Notes: generated by a model from the sequence alone, not told the origin. DNA of 64,000 bases from Pedobacter sp. (GCA_965219295.1 OZ244731.1:2296236-2360235); one strand, 5' to 3'. Numbered from the stretch's first letter, positions 28,405 to 39,429 are shown. Program-made: numbers and translations.

Positions 28405-31400
28405 TTAATGATGTTTACGTTTTTGCTCTGCTTCTTTATATGCTTCTAAACTTAATTCTTTCTCTATACCCTTGTTAAATGGAGATTTACTGCTTACCTT
28501 CTCTTGTAAAAGTTGAAATACAATAAAAAGCGACGGAATTACGAACAAACCAAAAAGAGTACCGATAAGCATTCCGCCAACGGCGCCTGTACCGATAGAC
28601 TTGTTTCCTGCAGCACCCACACCGCTCGAAAACATAAGTGGCATTAATCCAAAAATAAATGCAAATGAGGTCATCAATATAGGACGTAAACGGGCAGTTG
28701 CACCTTCAATAGCTGCATCTACTATAGACATGCCTTTTTTACGTCTATCGATGGCATATTCAACGATTAAGATTGCATTTTTGGCAAGCAATCCTACTAA
28801 CATGATCAGCGTAATTTGCGTGTAAATGTTGTTATCGACGCCAAAAATCTTATCAAACAGAAAAACCCCCGCTAAACCAATTGGTAGAGAAAACAGAACC
28901 GAAAACGGCAACAGGTAACTTTCGTATTGTGCAGCGAGTAGAAAAAACACAAAAATAATACAAAGTAAAAAGATAAATACAGTTTGATTACCACCTGCAA
29001 TTTCTTCCCTAGATAGACCAGAAAACTCATAGCTATACCCAGCAGGTAGATACTTTGCCGCCTCTTCTTGTATGGCCTTTAAAGCATCGCCGGTACTGTA
29101 GCCTGCGTTCGGACTGCCTTGCATAGAGATGGAGGTGAACAGATTAAATCTTGAGATAGCCTGCGGGCCGTAAACCCTGGTTAGTTTAATAAACTGCGTT
29201 ATCGGTGCCATATCTCCGTTTGCATTACGCACATAAATACCATTTAGGCTTTCCTCGTTTGCTCTAAATTGAGCATCTGCCTGGTAAACTACCCTAAACT
29301 GCTTTCCAAATTTGTTGAAATTGGAAGCGTAAACACCGCCATAATAACCTTGCAAAACCCCTAAAACATCATTTACCTTTAAATTAGCCTGTTTTACTTT
29401 GGCTACATTTACGTCAATTTGATATTGCGGAAAATTTATGTTAAATGAGGTGGAAGCGTATTGAATCTCTGGCCGTTTGTTGAGGGCATCTATAAACTTA
29501 GTTCCAACGGCATTAAATTGGCTCAGCTCTCCGCCGGTTTTGTCTTGCAGCTCGAAAGAAAAACCGCCGTTGTTTCCGAAACCAGATATGGTAGGCGGTG
29601 CAAAAAATATAATCTTCGCGCCCTTTATAGATGCTGTTTTCGCGAACAATTCTCCAATAATGGCTTTAACATCGCGCTTTCGATCGTCCCACTTTTTTAA
29701 GCGGCCAATAACCATTCCGTAAGAACTGCCGGAGCCGCTGATAATACTTCTGCCAACAATTTTTAAGGTCGTGTTAATTTCAGGCGTTCCCCGCACCACA
29801 GCATCTATTTGATCTATTAGCTTTGCTGTTTCTTCTCTTGATGTTCCTGGCGCAAGCGAAATGTCAGAAAATATTGTTCCCAAATCCTCAGCAGGTACAA
29901 ATCCCTTTGGGGTGGTATTCATCAAAAGTATCAGTAAACCTGCAAAAACTGCGATGCCAACGCCAACAATCCACTTTTTCTTGGCGAGAAATCCGATAGA
30001 GCGTTTATATTTCGCAGTTACCTTTTCAAACGAAGCATTAAACGCAGCATAAAAACGATTTAGGTAGCTTTTCTTCTTGTGCTCGTCTTCGTTATGCGGT
30101 TTTAGAAATAGCGCACAAAGCGCAGGGCTCAGCGTTAGCGCGTTTACCGCGGATATAATTATCGCTATAGCTAATGTTAAACCAAATTGCTTATAGAAAA
30201 CACCAGAAGAACCTTCTATAAAGCTTACCGGTACAAAAACCGCGGCCATAACCAACGTGATGGAAATTATGGCGCCGCTAATTTCGTCCATGGCATCTAT
30301 AGAGGCCTTTGTAGCATCTTTATACCCTTCATCTAGCTTTGCATGCACCGCCTCAACAACCACAATGGCATCATCCACCACAATCCCAATTGCCAAGACA
30401 AGTGCAAAGAGTGTTAGTAGGTTTATGGTAAAGCCAAATAATCCTAAGAAAAAGAACGTGCCTATAATGGCTACGGGTACGCTTATGGCAGGGATTAAGG
30501 TAGATCGAAAATCTTGCAAAAAGATAAATACTACCAAAAACACCAGTATGAAAGCCTCTATTAAGGTGTGTACTACCTTGTCTATAGAGGCACCTAAGAA
30601 ATCGTTTACGTTTATTAACGTCTTGTAATGTATTCCTTTGGGAAAACTTAGTTGGGCTTGGTCTAAAGCTGCGATAGAGTTGTCGATCACTTCTTTCGCG
30701 TTAGATCCAGCCGTTTGGTTAATCGCGATACCCAATGCAGGTTTTCCATCCAACTGTACTGTACTGGCATAGCTTTGCGCACCGAGTTCTATCCTGGCTA
30801 TATCGCTAAGTCTTAAAATGTTGCCTTTATCATCTGCCTTAACAATAATGTTGCTAAACTGCTGCTCGTCTTTTAGCCTACCGGTATATTTGAGCGTGTA
30901 TTGAAACGCCTGATCGCCTTCCTCTCCAAATTGTCCGGGCGCGGCTTCTATATTTTGCTCAGCCAAAGCTGCGTTTACATCGCTGGGCACTAACCCATAA
31001 GTTGCCATAACATCTGGCTTTAGCCAAATCCGCATGGTATAATCCAAAGTTCCAAATGCACTCGCATCTCCAACGCCATTTATTCTTTTTATTTGTGGGA
31101 TGATGTTAATGTTGGCATAGTTCTGTAAAAACTTCTGATCGTAGTTTGGGCTGTCGCTGTAAATACCGAAAATCAACACGTTACTTGCTTGAGCTTTTGC
31201 AGTGATAACCCCCGATCTTGTAACCTCTGCAGGCAGTAGACTTGTAGCTCTTGCAACCCTATTTTGTACGTTTACCGCTGCAATATCTGCATTGGTACCT
31301 AATTTAAAGTTTACGGTAATGGTAGCAGAGCCATCATTAGTAGATGAAGAAGTCATGTAGGTCATGTCTTCTACACCATTTATTGCTTCTTCTAAAGGCA

Positions 31401-31587
31401 CCACAACGCTACTCAGAACCACATCGGCATTTGCACCGGGATAAGATGCGGAAACTCTTACCGTTGGCGGCGCAATTTCTGGGTATTGGGTTACAGGCAA
31501 ACTGTTTAAACCCAAAACTCCCAGTATAACTATGATTATGGAAATAACGGTGGATAATACCGGCCTTTGGATAAATTGTTTAAACAT
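28405..31587 (-). CDS. RND efflux permease (HAE1/AcrB family)
   Basis: GIVVDDAIVVVE, AKNAILIVE and RLRPILMTS motifs. Confidence 0.95.
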   Translation of the reverse strand: MFKQFIQRPVLSTVISIIIVILGVLGLNSLPVTQYPEIAPPTVRVSASYPGANADVVLSSVVVPLEEAINGVEDMTYMTSSSTNDGSATITVNFKLGTNADIAAVNVQNRVARATSLLPAEVTRSGVITAKAQASNVLIFGIYSDSPNYDQKFLQNYANINIIPQIKRINGVGDASAFGTLDYTMRIWLKPDVMATYGLVPSDVNAALAEQNIEAAPGQFGEEGDQAFQYTLKYTGRLKDEQQFSNIIVKADDKGNILRLSDIARIELGAQSYASTVQLDGKPALGIAINQTAGSNAKEVIDNSIAALDQAQLSFPKGIHYKTLINVNDFLGASIDKVVHTLIEAFILVFLVVFIFLQDFRSTLIPAISVPVAIIGTFFFLGLFGFTINLLTLFALVLAIGIVVDDAIVVVEAVHAKLDEGYKDATKASIDAMDEISGAIISITLVMAAVFVPVSFIEGSSGVFYKQFGLTLAIAIIISAVNALTLSPALCALFLKPHNEDEHKKKSYLNRFYAAFNASFEKVTAKYKRSIGFLAKKKWIVGVGIAVFAGLLILLMNTTPKGFVPAEDLGTIFSDISLAPGTSREETAKLIDQIDAVVRGTPEINTTLKIVGRSIISGSGSSYGMVIGRLKKWDDRKRDVKAIIGELFAKTASIKGAKIIFFAPPTISGFGNNGGFSFELQDKTGGELSQFNAVGTKFIDALNKRPEIQYASTSFNINFPQYQIDVNVAKVKQANLKVNDVLGVLQGYYGGVYASNFNKFGKQFRVVYQADAQFRANEESLNGIYVRNANGDMAPITQFIKLTRVYGPQAISRFNLFTSISMQGSPNAGYSTGDALKAIQEEAAKYLPAGYSYEFSGLSREEIAGGNQTVFIFLLCIIFVFFLLAAQYESYLLPFSVLFSLPIGLAGVFLFDKIFGVDNNIYTQITLIMLVGLLAKNAILIVEYAIDRRKKGMSIVDAAIEGATARLRPILMTSFAFIFGLMPLMFSSGVGAAGNKSIGTGAVGGMLIGTLFGLFVIPSLFIVFQLLQEKVSSKSPFNKGIEKELSLEAYKEAEQKRKHH

Positions 31588-31624
31588 AATGGTTTTTTAA
31601 TTTCGTTAACAATAGCCTAGCATC

Positions 31625-32857
31625 TTATTTTCTTATCTCTTTGTAAACAGAATCTGCATTTTTAATTTCCGGTTTTATTTTAACACCGTCTTTTAGTCCT
31701 TGCAAACCTTCTACAACAATTTTTTCACCCGCCTTTAACCCTTTAGTTACCACGTAAAATTTGCCGCTGGTTAAATCCATTATTTCTATTTCGGTGTTAA
31801 TTACTTTTGCAGAATCGCCCAGAATGAAAACGAATTTTTTACCCTGTATATCTACCGTTGATTTTTGTGGGATTAATAACGCGCTATCAACCGTTCTAGG
31901 AATTCTAACCAAAGCACTTCCGCCACTTTTCAGCAGAGCTGTTGGGTTAGAAAAGGTAGCACGCAAACTTGCAGAACCCGTGCTTGTATTCAACTGACTA
32001 TTTATGGATTCGATATGCCCTTTTTTGTCGAAAATACTCCCATCGGCGAGAATCAAACTTACCGGCGGTATTTTTTTCATTTGTTCTTTAAGCGTTCCGC
32101 TACCATAGGTGTTAGAAAAATCTAATAGTTGCTTCTCATTAAGAGAAAAATAGGCATAAACTTTTGATGTATTAGAGACTGTTGTTAACGGCTGCGCGCC
32201 GCTGCTGCTAACCAAACTACCAGTTCTAAACGGAATGCTGCCCACAATACCATCCACCGGACTGGTAATTTTCGTATAGCCTAAATTTACTTTTGCGTTT
32301 ACAAGGGATGCTCTTGCTTGAGACAGCGCGGCTTGTTTTGTTTGTTGCATTAACTGCGCCGCATCTAATTCATACTTGCTTATTATGTCTTTATCTACAA
32401 GCGGTTTGGTTTTTGTAACTTGTAATTGGGCTGCATTTACTTCAGCTTGTGCGCTGCTAATGGCTGCAGCTGCAGTTCTTACTGCTTGTTCATATTGGGG
32501 AGCGTTTATCTTAAACAGCAGTTGTCCTTTTTTAACTACCGCACCTTCATCTAAATATATATTTTGAACAAAACCATCCACCTTGGGACGTATCTCAATG
32601 TCTTGAATTCCTTCTATGGTTGCCGGATAATCCGTATTTAGTATGGTGGTCTGCGGTTCAACCTCAATTACCGGATAGGCCTGTGGACCTGCTGGGGCAC
32701 CACCTGGTCCACCGGGTTTGCCGCCGGCTTTTTTATCTGAATTTCCACAGGACGACAACAGTAAACTGACTGCCAATATAATCGACGTTAATCTTGTTGG
32801 AAGCGTTGAAAAAACTGAGGGTGTTGAAAATGTTAAAGAAACGTAACTTAGTTTCAT
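31625..32857 (-). CDS. RND periplasmic adaptor (MFP) lipoprotein
   Basis: LLLSSC lipobox, VKKGQLLFKI and SPVDGIVG motifs; ATG at 32857 preferred over the track start. Confidence 0.9.
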   Translation of the reverse strand: MKLSYVSLTFSTPSVFSTLPTRLTSIILAVSLLLSSCGNSDKKAGGKPGGPGGAPAGPQAYPVIEVEPQTTILNTDYPATIEGIQDIEIRPKVDGFVQNIYLDEGAVVKKGQLLFKINAPQYEQAVRTAAAAISSAQAEVNAAQLQVTKTKPLVDKDIISKYELDAAQLMQQTKQAALSQARASLVNAKVNLGYTKITSPVDGIVGSIPFRTGSLVSSSGAQPLTTVSNTSKVYAYFSLNEKQLLDFSNTYGSGTLKEQMKKIPPVSLILADGSIFDKKGHIESINSQLNTSTGSASLRATFSNPTALLKSGGSALVRIPRTVDSALLIPQKSTVDIQGKKFVFILGDSAKVINTEIEIMDLTSGKFYVVTKGLKAGEKIVVEGLQGLKDGVKIKPEIKNADSVYKEIRK

Positions 32858-32916
32858 ATTTAGGTATTTTAGGTTATCGCTTATCAAAGAAATCTATAAG
32901 TGTTTAGATTATTTTG

Positions 32917-32924
32917 CAAAAGTA
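32917..32924 (-). promoter_or_regulatory. Sigma-A -7 element for the RND operon
   Basis: TACTTTTG on the - strand. Confidence 0.45.
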
Positions 32925-33141
32925 AAAGACCATAGAAATAAAACGGTTATCGCTTAGTCATTAAATTAATCGTTTGATTAAAAATTAATTTTTTAACTTT
33001 TACAACCGTTCCGCGGCCCCAAAAACCAACGTTCTGGTATGATGAGAAACAAAATCTGTTTTGTAATTATTTTGCGACAAGATGCTCTACGGCAAATAAG
33101 TTCTTAATTCTGTAATGATATGGGAACTTAGGACAGAAAAG

Positions 33142-33927
33142 CTATAAAACCAATTCTCCCTTAAAAACAAATTTGGCAGCTCCACAGAGGAAGACATTTG
33201 AAAATTTGCTACCATCGTAGTCAAACTTAATTTCCATTTCTCCGCCAAGGGTTTTGATATTGGTTCTTTGTTTGCCTATTTTATTATTTAGTCTCGCCAT
33301 AGCAAGCGCAACCGCAGTAACGCCTGTACCGCACGCAAATGTTTCGTCTTCTACGCCACGCTCAAAAGTACGCACGAAATATCCGTCACTATTAACTTCT
33401 ACAAAATTTACGTTAATGCCTTTTGCAGCAAATGTAGTATTGTTCCTAATTTTGCTGCCCTCCGTAAAAACATCTAACTGGGCTAAATTTTCTTGAATCA
33501 CCACATAATGCGGCGAACCTGTATCCAAAATATACGCACCATCCATTTCGGTAATAGCTTCAACATCAATCATTTGCAGGTTTACCCAATTGCCGCTCGC
33601 TGCAATTTTGGCATAATGTGCGCCATCTACTGCCAAAAAGGTGGTCTCGTTTTGTATAATCCCCAACTCCTTTGCACACGCAACGATGCACCTCCCGCCG
33701 TTTCCGCACATGCTGCCCAAGTTTCCATCAGCATTATAATATTTCATCTCGAAATCATAATCAGAATGCAGGTTTAATAGCATCAAGCCATCTGCACCGA
33801 CGCCAAATCGCCTACTACAAATCGAACTAACATGCTCTTTATCAAAAGCTTCTATTAAATTTTTCCGATTATCTATAACTACAAAATCATTTCCTGCACC
33901 TTGGTATTTGTAAAAACTTATGTTCAT
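33142..33927 (-). CDS. dapF: Diaminopimelate epimerase
   Basis: GAGNDF, MCGNG, GSPH, ERGVEDET and ACGTG motifs. Confidence 0.95.
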   Translation of the reverse strand: MNISFYKYQGAGNDFVVIDNRKNLIEAFDKEHVSSICSRRFGVGADGLMLLNLHSDYDFEMKYYNADGNLGSMCGNGGRCIVACAKELGIIQNETTFLAVDGAHYAKIAASGNWVNLQMIDVEAITEMDGAYILDTGSPHYVVIQENLAQLDVFTEGSKIRNNTTFAAKGINVNFVEVNSDGYFVRTFERGVEDETFACGTGVTAVALAMARLNNKIGKQRTNIKTLGGEMEIKFDYDGSKFSNVFLCGAAKFVFKGELVL

Positions 33928-33993
33928 AATTTCTTCATTAAAAAAACAGACCTTTAATTGTTGTGTTATCGTATTGCGTTAGTAGACTAGTAT

Positions 33994-34009
33994 TTAACAT
34001 AATTTAACA
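33994..34009. promoter_or_regulatory. Direct-repeat box TTAACA-N4-TTAACA (OmpR-type)
   Basis: Exact reverse complement of 61137-61152. Confidence 0.55.
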
Positions 34010-34221
34010 CGAGTGTAATATCTGTTTAGGGCAAATATCGTTATTATGGTATTAAATTTGAATTGATAGATACAGAGTTAGTTGCTTTCTTAAAATACTT
34101 CTTACAAAACAAACGATTTGCAAATTACTTTAATTACATAGAAACTTTGCATCAATCACAATAAGCTGCTCGAGTTGCGTGTTGTGTTTGTGTTGGTTTC
34201 AAAATAAATAATCAATAAACA

Positions 34222-35769
34222 ATGAAAAAAATATTAGGAATTTCAGTTTTAGCTGCCCTTATTGGAGGTGCAGCAGCGCTTGGAAGCTATAAGCTGTTAG
34301 AGCGCAACCAGTCTGCAGATACCATCTCTGGCAAACAGGATGTATATTTTGCAAATAACCCTTTAAAAGTTTCTTCTGCTGGGGCTGTAGATTTTACAGA
34401 AGCGGCGGCGGCTGTAGCGCCGGGTGTTGTGCATATTAGAACTACTTATGCCGCCAAGGAGACAGATGATAGCGACTCCCAACCAGATTTTTTAAATGAT
34501 ATTTTTGGAGGCGGTATGCGCCGAGGAAAACCGATGCCGAGTGCAGCTTCTGGCTCTGGAGTAATTATTAGCCCTGACGGTTATATAATGACCAATAACC
34601 ATGTTGTAGAAAATGCGAGTAAAGTTGAAGTTATTTTAACTGATAGACGTAAGGTTGAAGCAAAAGTAATTGGAAGAGATCCCAATACAGATTTAGCTTT
34701 AATTAAAGTTGATCAAAAGAATTTACCAGTTGTAAAGATGGGAAACTCTGATAATGTGCAGGTTGGTGAGTGGGTTCTCGCAGTTGGTTATCCGTTAGAT
34801 TTGAATACTACGGTTACTGCTGGAATTGTTAGTGCAAAGAATCGTAGTATCGGCATAATTGGCCGTGAACAGCAAGGAAGTCAACCTACTGAAGAAGAGT
34901 ATCAAGAGTACCTCCGCACAGGTAAAAAACCCGAAGCTGCTCCAAATACCGGCATAGAAGCATTCATTCAAACAGATGCAGCTATTAACCCCGGAAATAG
35001 TGGTGGCGCTTTAGTAAATACCAACGGTGAGTTAATTGGGATTAATTCTGCAATTGCGTCGCAAAGCGGCTACAACCAAGGGTATGGTTTTGCAATTCCT
35101 ATCAACTTAGCGAAAAAAGTGGTCGATGATTTTATGAAATATGGTAAGGTTAAACGAGGTTATATTGGAGTTAAGTTTGTTCCTTTAAGCGCAGATAATC
35201 CAAAATCCATAAACACATCAGAAGTTAATGGACTTTATGTAAATGATGTTGTACCTGGTAGTGGTGCAGCTGCTGCAGGAATTAAAAAAGGTGATATTAT
35301 CAAAGAAGTCGATGGAAGAATTATCTATGATTCGCCAGATTTGCAGGAGAAAATAGGAAGGTTAAACCCGGGCGATAATGTTAAATTAACAGTTTTAAGA
35401 GACGGTAAATTAAAAAACTTTGCGGTTCAACTTAAAGGCGAAACTAGCTTGGGAATGATTGCCAAAAGTAGCACACCTGCTAAGGGTATGGCTGTAGATA
35501 AATTGGGAGCCACTTTTGCCCCGGCAAGCAAAGAACAAAAAGCTCAATTAAGAATAGGCAATGGAGTAGTGGTTACTGGAGTTGCGCCTGGCAAAATGTT
35601 TGATAACGTGGGCGTTACCAAGGGTTTGGTAATTACAAAAGTAAACGGAGTTGCTGTTAACACCGCAGACGATGTTAAAAAGGCATTAGGTTCTGCAAAT
35701 AGAAATATGGTAAGTATTTCCGGGGTAAACAGTCAAGGAACTTTTAATTATAGTTTTCCTGCAGAATAA
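34222..35769 (+). CDS. htrA: HtrA/DegQ serine protease with two PDZ domains
   Basis: TNNHVV, DLAL and GNSGG catalytic triad motifs; -7 element TAAATTTG at 34053-34060. Confidence 0.9.
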   Translation: MKKILGISVLAALIGGAAALGSYKLLERNQSADTISGKQDVYFANNPLKVSSAGAVDFTEAAAAVAPGVVHIRTTYAAKETDDSDSQPDFLNDIFGGGMRRGKPMPSAASGSGVIISPDGYIMTNNHVVENASKVEVILTDRRKVEAKVIGRDPNTDLALIKVDQKNLPVVKMGNSDNVQVGEWVLAVGYPLDLNTTVTAGIVSAKNRSIGIIGREQQGSQPTEEEYQEYLRTGKKPEAAPNTGIEAFIQTDAAINPGNSGGALVNTNGELIGINSAIASQSGYNQGYGFAIPINLAKKVVDDFMKYGKVKRGYIGVKFVPLSADNPKSINTSEVNGLYVNDVVPGSGAAAAGIKKGDIIKEVDGRIIYDSPDLQEKIGRLNPGDNVKLTVLRDGKLKNFAVQLKGETSLGMIAKSSTPAKGMAVDKLGATFAPASKEQKAQLRIGNGVVVTGVAPGKMFDNVGVTKGLVITKVNGVAVNTADDVKKALGSANRNMVSISGVNSQGTFNYSFPAE

Positions 35770-35792
35770 CAAGGAGCAAATAGTTGAATATT

Positions 35793-35824
35793 AAAAAACA
35801 GCGAGTAGACCTCGCTGTTTTTTT
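35793..35824 (+). terminator. Bidirectional-type intrinsic terminator after htrA
   Basis: AAAAAACAGCGAG-TAGAC-CTCGCTGTTTTTT. Confidence 0.85.
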
Positions 35825-35908
35825 ATGTGAAAAAAGCAAAAGGATAGAAGACTAATGAAAATTGAAACCAAAAACGATGGAACAAAATTTAGGCAACTTT
35901 TTTAACCA

Positions 35909-35957
35909 AGCCGTGGGTTGAAACCCACGGCTATTAAATCGGTCGTTCCTATGGAAC
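35909..35957. repeat. REP-like palindromes
   Basis: Perfect AGCCGTGGGTT-GA-AACCCACGGCT at 35909-35932 plus GTTCC-TAT-GGAAC at 35945-35957. Confidence 0.6.
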
Positions 35958-36150
35958 TTTTAAAATGGCAAGTTAATTCTTTTCGAAACCAATCATAGGT
36001 TACGCATAAAACATTTACAAAAAGGTGGATAGATAGAGCTTAAAAGAAACTAAAGCAGGGTGCAGAAGTTTAAATATAACTTTTCCTATAACAAAAAAGG
36101 CTCTCTGCAAATTGCAAAGAGCCTTGAATAAATAATTTCTTATAGTTGTT

Positions 36151-37842
36151 TTACCAATAAACGCTATAAAGCGCAACCAACATCGCTACAATAATAAACG
36201 AGCCGATCGCAAAACTGGTTGAGGTTTTGAACATTTTCGCATCTATTTCTAGACCATTTGTAACTACCCCTTTTTTATGTTCGTAGATACTAATGAAATA
36301 CATACCGATTGAACACAACACAAATACGATAAGCATTCTATCTAAAAACGGAATTTCAAATACTCCAGATGCGTTTGGAACAGCCCAGCCCATACTGTAA
36401 AGTGGAGAAAGATCCACGTAAGGCGGTATCAGCTTTAAAATAACAGAGAAGATAAAACCCCCAATTGTCGCAAATAATGCGGCGTTTGAGGTGGTTTTTT
36501 TCCAGAAAAAGCCATAAATAAACATGGCAAAAATGCCTGGAGAAACGAAACCTGTATATTCTTGAATGTATTGAAATCCTTGTTTTCCTTCGCCCATTAA
36601 AGCATCGCCCAACATTAACGAAAGTAATACTGCTAACATCATAGCAACAACAACAGTTACCTTACCTGTGTTTACCAGGTTATTTTCTGATGCGTTACGA
36701 TTAAAGGCTTTCTTATAAATATCTAGCGTAAAAATTGTAGCAATACTGTTTGCCTTTCCTGCCAGCGAGGCAACAATGGCAGCCGTAAGTGCCGCAAACG
36801 ATAATCCTTTTAATCCCACAGGAAGAAGCGTTAGCAACGCAGGGTAAGCTTTGTTTACATCCTGAACGCCGCTAGAGGTTAGCATATCTTTAGGATCAAT
36901 CCCGCTTACATTATTTTTAACCATATAATAAACTGCGATGCCAGGAATTACTACGATTAACGGCATCAACATTTTTAAAAACCCAGCAAACAAAAGCCCT
37001 TTCCTCGCAACTGGCAATGAGGCGCCCAAAGCTCTTTGGGTTATATACTGGTTACAGCCCCAATAATTTAGATTAGCAATCCACATACCGCCTATTAACA
37101 CACTTAAGCCTGGCAAATCTATATAATTTGGATTTTCCTTGTTAAAAATTAGATGAAAATGGTCTTTCGCTCCGCCATGAAGTATAGAAAATCCTTGGGC
37201 TATTCCTTTACCACCAGAGATAAGGTTTAAGGCAATATAGGTAGCCACTAAGCCGCCAAGGACTAAAAAAAACACCTGTATAACATCTGTATATCCAATT
37301 ACTTTCATCCCGCCAAGGGTAATAAAAATAGCGAAGATAGCGAGAGCGAAGATACAGACGGTAATGCTGATGCCAGAAATGCCGCTAATTGCCAAAGCAC
37401 CTAAATATAAAATAGACATCAAGTTTACTACAATGTAAAGCATTAGCCAAAAGATTGCCATAATCATGGCCACCTGTTTGTTATACCGCTCGCTAAGAAA
37501 TTGCGGCATGGTAAAAATTTTGTTCTTTAGGTAAACTGGCATAAAAAATATGCCTACCACAATAAGGGTTGCTGCCGACATCCACTCGTAAGCCGATATG
37601 GCAAGGCCAAGTTTAAAGCCCGAACCGCTCATCCCTATCATTTGCTCGGCAGAAATATTAGACGCAATTAACGATGCGCCTATGGCCCACCAAGTTAACG
37701 AGCCTTCTGCTAAAAAATAGTCTTTGGAATCCGCATTTATTGTTTTTTTGCGATTGTATACGTACAGACCGTACGCGGACACGATGATAAAGTAGATAAA
37801 AAAAACAATATAGTCTTTTGTATCTAATAATTTATGGTTCAT
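36151..37842 (-). CDS. Sodium:solute (sugar) symporter, SSS family
   Basis: ASNISAEQMIG, YWGCNQYITQRALGA and about 14 TM segments. Confidence 0.9.
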   Translation of the reverse strand: MNHKLLDTKDYIVFFIYFIIVSAYGLYVYNRKKTINADSKDYFLAEGSLTWWAIGASLIASNISAEQMIGMSGSGFKLGLAISAYEWMSAATLIVVGIFFMPVYLKNKIFTMPQFLSERYNKQVAMIMAIFWLMLYIVVNLMSILYLGALAISGISGISITVCIFALAIFAIFITLGGMKVIGYTDVIQVFFLVLGGLVATYIALNLISGGKGIAQGFSILHGGAKDHFHLIFNKENPNYIDLPGLSVLIGGMWIANLNYWGCNQYITQRALGASLPVARKGLLFAGFLKMLMPLIVVIPGIAVYYMVKNNVSGIDPKDMLTSSGVQDVNKAYPALLTLLPVGLKGLSFAALTAAIVASLAGKANSIATIFTLDIYKKAFNRNASENNLVNTGKVTVVVAMMLAVLLSLMLGDALMGEGKQGFQYIQEYTGFVSPGIFAMFIYGFFWKKTTSNAALFATIGGFIFSVILKLIPPYVDLSPLYSMGWAVPNASGVFEIPFLDRMLIVFVLCSIGMYFISIYEHKKGVVTNGLEIDAKMFKTSTSFAIGSFIIVAMLVALYSVYW

Positions 37843-38242
37843 TTGGTTGGATTAATATTGGCTTCGAACGCTAAATGTAGGAAAATCATCAAACAAAACC
37901 ACAGATAGTAAAAAAAATATCAAAAAATTTTTGTTGAGTTTGCGTATTGCCTTGTGATTTTCCAGAAGCAAGAAAGCCAGCATATCAATCAAAGGTAGAT
38001 TTTGGATCTTTGGGAATTAAACTGAACTAGTGCACAAAATTACAAAACATTGTAAAAGGCAAGATGTAATGGGAAAGCAGATTATTGGAGTAATGAACTT
38101 TCGAAAAAGCAAATAGGGAAGTTTATGTTTGAGTTTTTGCTAACCGGTTTTGCAGACGAAAATGGTTACAGTGTTCTCACCAGCGTAAATGCCAAACTGC
38201 CAAATGGAAGTAAAATTGTTTAGGCTCAATTTCTATATTTGT

Positions 38243-38713
38243 ATGATGGGTTTTTACAATTTTGAAGGTGACAAATCTGGCGCGGAAGATATTCATTACA
38301 TGAAACAGGCGCTTTTGGAAGCGCATAAAGCAATGGATGAAGATGAAATTCCGATTGGCGCAGTTGTAGTTTGCCAAAACAGAATCATTGGGCGTGGCTA
38401 TAATCTGACCGAAAAACTTGGAGACGTTACCGCACATGCAGAGATGCAGGCATTTACCTCAGCGGCCCAAACACTTGGCGGCAAATATCTAATTGGTTGC
38501 ACCCTATATGTTACGATAGAACCTTGCATAATGTGTGCCGGCGCAAGCCTTTGGACCAAAATAGATAGAATAGTTTACGGTGCCCGTGAAGAAAAATTTG
38601 GATTTTTATCGAAGGATAAGTCTTTACTTCACCCAAAAACAAGACTGGCCGGCGGCATTTTGGCTGACGAATGTGCGGCACTAATGACTAATTTTTTTAA
38701 AAATAAGCGCTAG
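38243..38713 (+). CDS. tadA: tRNA adenosine deaminase-like nucleoside deaminase
   Basis: TAHAE and EPCIMC motifs; start moved to ATG 38243. Confidence 0.8.
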   Translation: MMGFYNFEGDKSGAEDIHYMKQALLEAHKAMDEDEIPIGAVVVCQNRIIGRGYNLTEKLGDVTAHAEMQAFTSAAQTLGGKYLIGCTLYVTIEPCIMCAGASLWTKIDRIVYGAREEKFGFLSKDKSLLHPKTRLAGGILADECAALMTNFFKNKR

Positions 38714-38820
38714 GACTTTTTTAGCGTAATCGCACTTTGAGAACCCTTGAATAGAACAATTGCACCTCATCATTGTTAAACTATAATAAATCATATTAAT
38801 AAACTTTAAAATATACCATT

Positions 38821-39429
38821 ATGGCTTTTGAACTACCTGCATTACCATATGCAGCAGATGCGTTAGAACCGCATATAGATAAGACGACCATGGAAATACA
38901 CCATGACAAACATCACCAAGCGTACGTTACAAATTTAAATAAAGCGCTAGAAGGAAAACCCGAGGCGGAAAGCGACATAGAAGATTTAATAAAAAATATT
39001 TCTAAATATCCTGCAGGAGTTCGCAATAACGGTGGCGGGCATTATAATCACTCCATTTTTTGGAAAGTGCTTGGACCTAACAAAGGCGGCGAACCAAGTG
39101 GCGATCTTGCTGATGCTATTAAAGAAGCTTTTGGATCTTTTGAAGATTTTAAGACCAAAATGAAAGAGGCAGGCGCTACGCGTTTTGGCTCTGGTTGGGC
39201 TTGGCTTTCTGTAGGGGCTGATAAAAAATTGCAAGTTTCTTCTACTCCAAACCAGGATAATCCCTTAATGGATGTTGCCGAGGTAAAGGGAACGCCAATT
39301 TTTGGAATTGATGTTTGGGAGCATGCCTATTATTTGAAATATCAAAACAAGCGCCCCGATTATTTGGCTGCTATTTGGGATGCAGTTAATTGGGATGTGG
39401 TTTCCGAGTTATATAAAAAAGCGATTTAA
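38821..39429 (+). CDS. sodA: Mn/Fe superoxide dismutase
   Basis: [19 protein letters not shown] and DVWEHAYY motifs. Confidence 0.95.
   Translation: MAFELPALPYAADALEPHIDKTTMEIHHDKHHQAYVTNLNKALEGKPEAESDIEDLIKNISKYPAGVRNNGGGHYNHSIFWKVLGPNKGGEPSGDLADAIKEAFGSFEDFKTKMKEAGATRFGSGWAWLSVGADKKLQVSSTPNQDNPLMDVAEVKGTPIFGIDVWEHAYYLKYQNKRPDYLAAIWDAVNWDVVSELYKKAI

Noticed and set aside
37843-38242. Possible ncRNA in the long symporter/tadA intergenic region
   Set aside because: Only a short imperfect hairpin and promoter-like boxes; no terminator or recognisable motif.
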